Of a DNA stretch of 34,649 bases, positions 32,157 through 34,649 are shown piece after piece. The translations under genes were made by a program, and so were the position numbers. The notes beneath the pieces were generated by a model that worked only from the letters and a program-made list of their open reading frames with translations, was not told where the DNA came from and did no database searches. Numbering within the stretch: the stretch's first letter is position 1; each line of letters starts with the position of its first letter. The stretch is from Chiloscyllium plagiosum. Taxonomy: Eukaryota. The stretch spans positions 3,281,427 through 3,316,075 of the forward strand of contig NC_057754.1 of assembly GCF_004010195.1 (NCBI RefSeq), in the 5' to 3' direction.

Positions 32157-32950
32157 ATCATAGAATCCCGATCGTGTGGAAGCATGCCATTTGGCCCATC
32201 GAGTCCACACTTAGCTTCTTTGCACAGATGCACGAGTAGGTGGGAAGCAGAGTGATACAGATGCTTAGGAATCAGGCGACAGGTTTAGACAGTAGATTTG
32301 ATCAGCTCAGGTTTGGAGGGCCGAAGGGCCTGTTCCTGAGCTGTAAATTTTCTTTGTTCTTGACCCTCCGAAGAGCATCCCACTCAGACCCACCTCTAAC
32401 TCTCTCCCTGCATTTCTCATGGCCAATTCGCCGAGCCTGCACATCTCTGAACACTATGGGCAATTTATCACAGCCAATCCTCACTAACCTGCACATCCCT
32501 GGACACAATGGACAATTTAGCATGGCCAACCCACCCTAACCTGCACATCCCTGGGCACTATGGGACAATTTAGCACGGCCAACCCACCCTAACCTGCACA
32601 ACCCTGGGCACTATGGGACAATTTAGCATGGCCAATCCACCCTAACCTGCACATCCCTGGGCACTATGGGACAATTTAGCACGGCCAATCCTCACTAACC
32701 TGCACATCCCTGGACACAATGGACAATTTAGCACGCCCAATCCACCCTAACCTGCACAACCCTGGGCACTATGGGACAATTTAGCATGGCCAATCCACCT
32801 AATGTGCACATCTTTGGACTGTGGGAGCCAACCGGAGCACCCGGAGGAAACTGCACGCAGACACGGGGAGAACATGCAAATACCACACAGTTGCCTGATT
32901 GTGGAATCGAACCGGAGTCCCTGGCGCTGTGAGATGCTGAGTCACTGTGC
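32157..32950 (-). mobile_element. V-SINE (HE1-related) with seven internal 52-53-bp tandem units and a nested CR1 3' end
   Basis: V-domain at ~32810-32890. Units CCTGCACATCCCTGGGCACTATGGGACAATTTAGCATGGCCAATCCACCCTAA at 32436-32802. + strand CR1 tail GGAGGGCCGAAGGGCCTGTTCCTGAGCTGTAA inserted at ~32212-32360. Confidence 0.85.
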
Positions 32951-33399
32951 TGGTGCTGGAAACATTTTTCCACCTCGAGGACGGTGAGTGTCTGGAACTT
33001 GCTGCCTGAAAGAACTGTAGAGACAGGCACATTCCAGGCATTTAAGAAACAGCACAGCAGTTTCAAGTGGCTGAACAGCCCTCACACCAGCCGAGGGGAG
33101 AAAGGGCAGTGAAAAGGGGGAGTGTCAGTCCGAACACCAGATGAGGGAGAAAGGCAGGGGGGGTGTTGTGGGGTGGGTGGGGGAAGGGTCAGTTCTCCCT
33201 GGCTTCCTGGAGCTGGATAAGTAGCCCATGACCTACACCACTGAAAGAGAGACAACAAACAACAAAAGTTCCAGTGCTTCCTGAGCTGCCGTTTATGGGA
33301 TCTTGCTGTGCGTGGGTTATTAAAACGGTGACGGTGCCAAAGCAAACAAAGGAAGGGATAATGGGAGGTGAAGTGATTTCACAGGATGTCGCAGGTCTG

Positions 33400-33605
33400 A
33401 TTGATTATTGTCACATGTACCAAGGTACAGGGAAAGGTTTGGTTTTGTGAGCAGTACAGGCAGATCATAACACACCAAGATTGTAGGGTGATAGAGCAGA
33501 GCGAGGAATATACAGTTACAGCTGCAAGGAAGGTGAACAAAATGCAAAAGCAGCATTAGATTTGAAATGTGGGGGGTTTGCATCAAGCTGCAGAGAGGTA
33601 GCTGG
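33400..33605 (-). mobile_element. Possible Rex1/Babar-type LINE 3' end
   Basis: + strand TTATTGTCACATGTACC..TACAGGGAAA resembles the reverse complement of Rex1-type tails (from recall). Confidence 0.45.
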
Positions 33606-34169
33606 AAACCCTGCCCAGAGTGAGGAGCAGTCCGATTCCTGGTCGTGCTACAACAGGTAAATGAACTGAAGTTTACCGTCCCCTTATAAATGGCTCCCAG
33701 CCTCAGAGCAGCTCCGAGGGAGTGTGGGGAAGGAAGGAGGGACTCCACTTGTGTTGATCGCTGCCCTGCATTCCAGAAGCCATTTGCCACCGAGTGCATT
33801 CACCCCCACCCAGGGAAGCAGAGCTTCTGCCAGAGCTCTGGGGGTGGAGCGGGTAACTGCAGTTGCAACAGTGCCTCAGCCATGGGCAGTGGGATAAGAC
33901 TGTGTCTGGCTCGGCTGCTCAAGCTCATTTCGTCGCTACGATTACTGAGCTCGCTGTGTGTTTGCTATCAATGGGTTCCACTGTTGCCCCCACAGATATA
34001 CAGATGCACAGCCAGCTCCCCCAAAAGGGTAGTTGCTGAAGAGCTCAAAACCAGGCTGAGCACATGTGAAATTATATAAACTGATACTGCGTTCCCAGCA
34101 CAGGACCAGGCCATTCAGCCCATCTGCATTGTGTTACTAAGTACTTTTCACAGAACTTCCACCTCACAC

Positions 34170-34390
34170 GGGCGGCACGGTGGCACAGTGGTTAGCACTG
34201 CTACCTCACAGCGCCAGAGACCCGGGTTCAATTCCCACCTCAGGCGACTGACTGTGTGGAGTTTGCACGTTCTCCCCGTGTCTGCGTGGGTTTCCTCCGG
34301 GTGCTCCGGTTTCCTCCCCGGCGGGGCGGTGTGGACTTGTTGGGCCGAAGGACCTGTTTCCACACTGTAAGTAATCTAATCTAATCTAAC
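34170..34390 (+). mobile_element. HE1-like V-SINE with ~97-bp internal deletion
   Basis: Intact A/B boxes, V-domain and (TAATC)n tail; lacks the segment equivalent to 1043-1139 of the first copy. Confidence 0.93.
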
Positions 34391-34649
34391 CCATTGTGAC
34401 CCTATCACTCTATCCCTTTCTCCCTCAACTGTTTAGTAGTTTCCTCATTAACTCAATTCATTTACCTCAATCCCTTTCTATGGAAGCAAGTCCCACATTC
34501 CTCCCACCCCTTGCAGAAGCAAATCATACACTATACTGCACACCTCAATTACCCCTTCGCTATCTCTGTCACCCCCTACAGCCCATACACCCCCTAAACT
34601 ACTCATTGACCCCCTACACCCCCTCCCTATCTCTGTCAGCACCTACACC

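Noticed and set aside
34170..34245. tRNA gene (also 1215-1288, 13205-13250)
   Set aside because: The A/B boxes are SINE heads that continue into SINE bodies.

Overview
Eukaryotic, repeat-dominated vertebrate genomic DNA. The HE1/V-SINE, Deu-domain SINE, CR1/HER1 LINE and Penelope repeats point to a cartilaginous fish (shark); this is an inference. Two assembly gaps are present (4326-4825, 10671-11247). Almost all listed ORFs are artefacts of tandem repeats, N-runs or decayed retroelements. One host-gene exon is recognisable: a 168-nt minus-strand exon (26537-26704) resembling DNAJC4. A promoter-like CpG-rich island lies at about 4065-4325. The rest is three minisatellite families (36-40 bp TC-rich, 32/33 bp, about 70 bp), SINEs, CR1/RTE/Rex1-like LINE fragments, a solo LTR with a 4-bp TSD and many short Penelope-like (PLE) insertions. 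Two observations stand out. (1) Several short, mostly TSD-flanked fold-back PLE derivatives carry a minimal hammerhead ribozyme core with a palindromic zero-loop stem III. One is a perfect 81-bp inverted repeat and another is split at its apex by a CR1 LINE. (2) The 32/33-bp minisatellite appears to have been amplified out of the Deu-domain SINE, whose remnants abut three of its four arrays in matching orientation. Repeat family names come from recall of consensus sequences, not from a database search.
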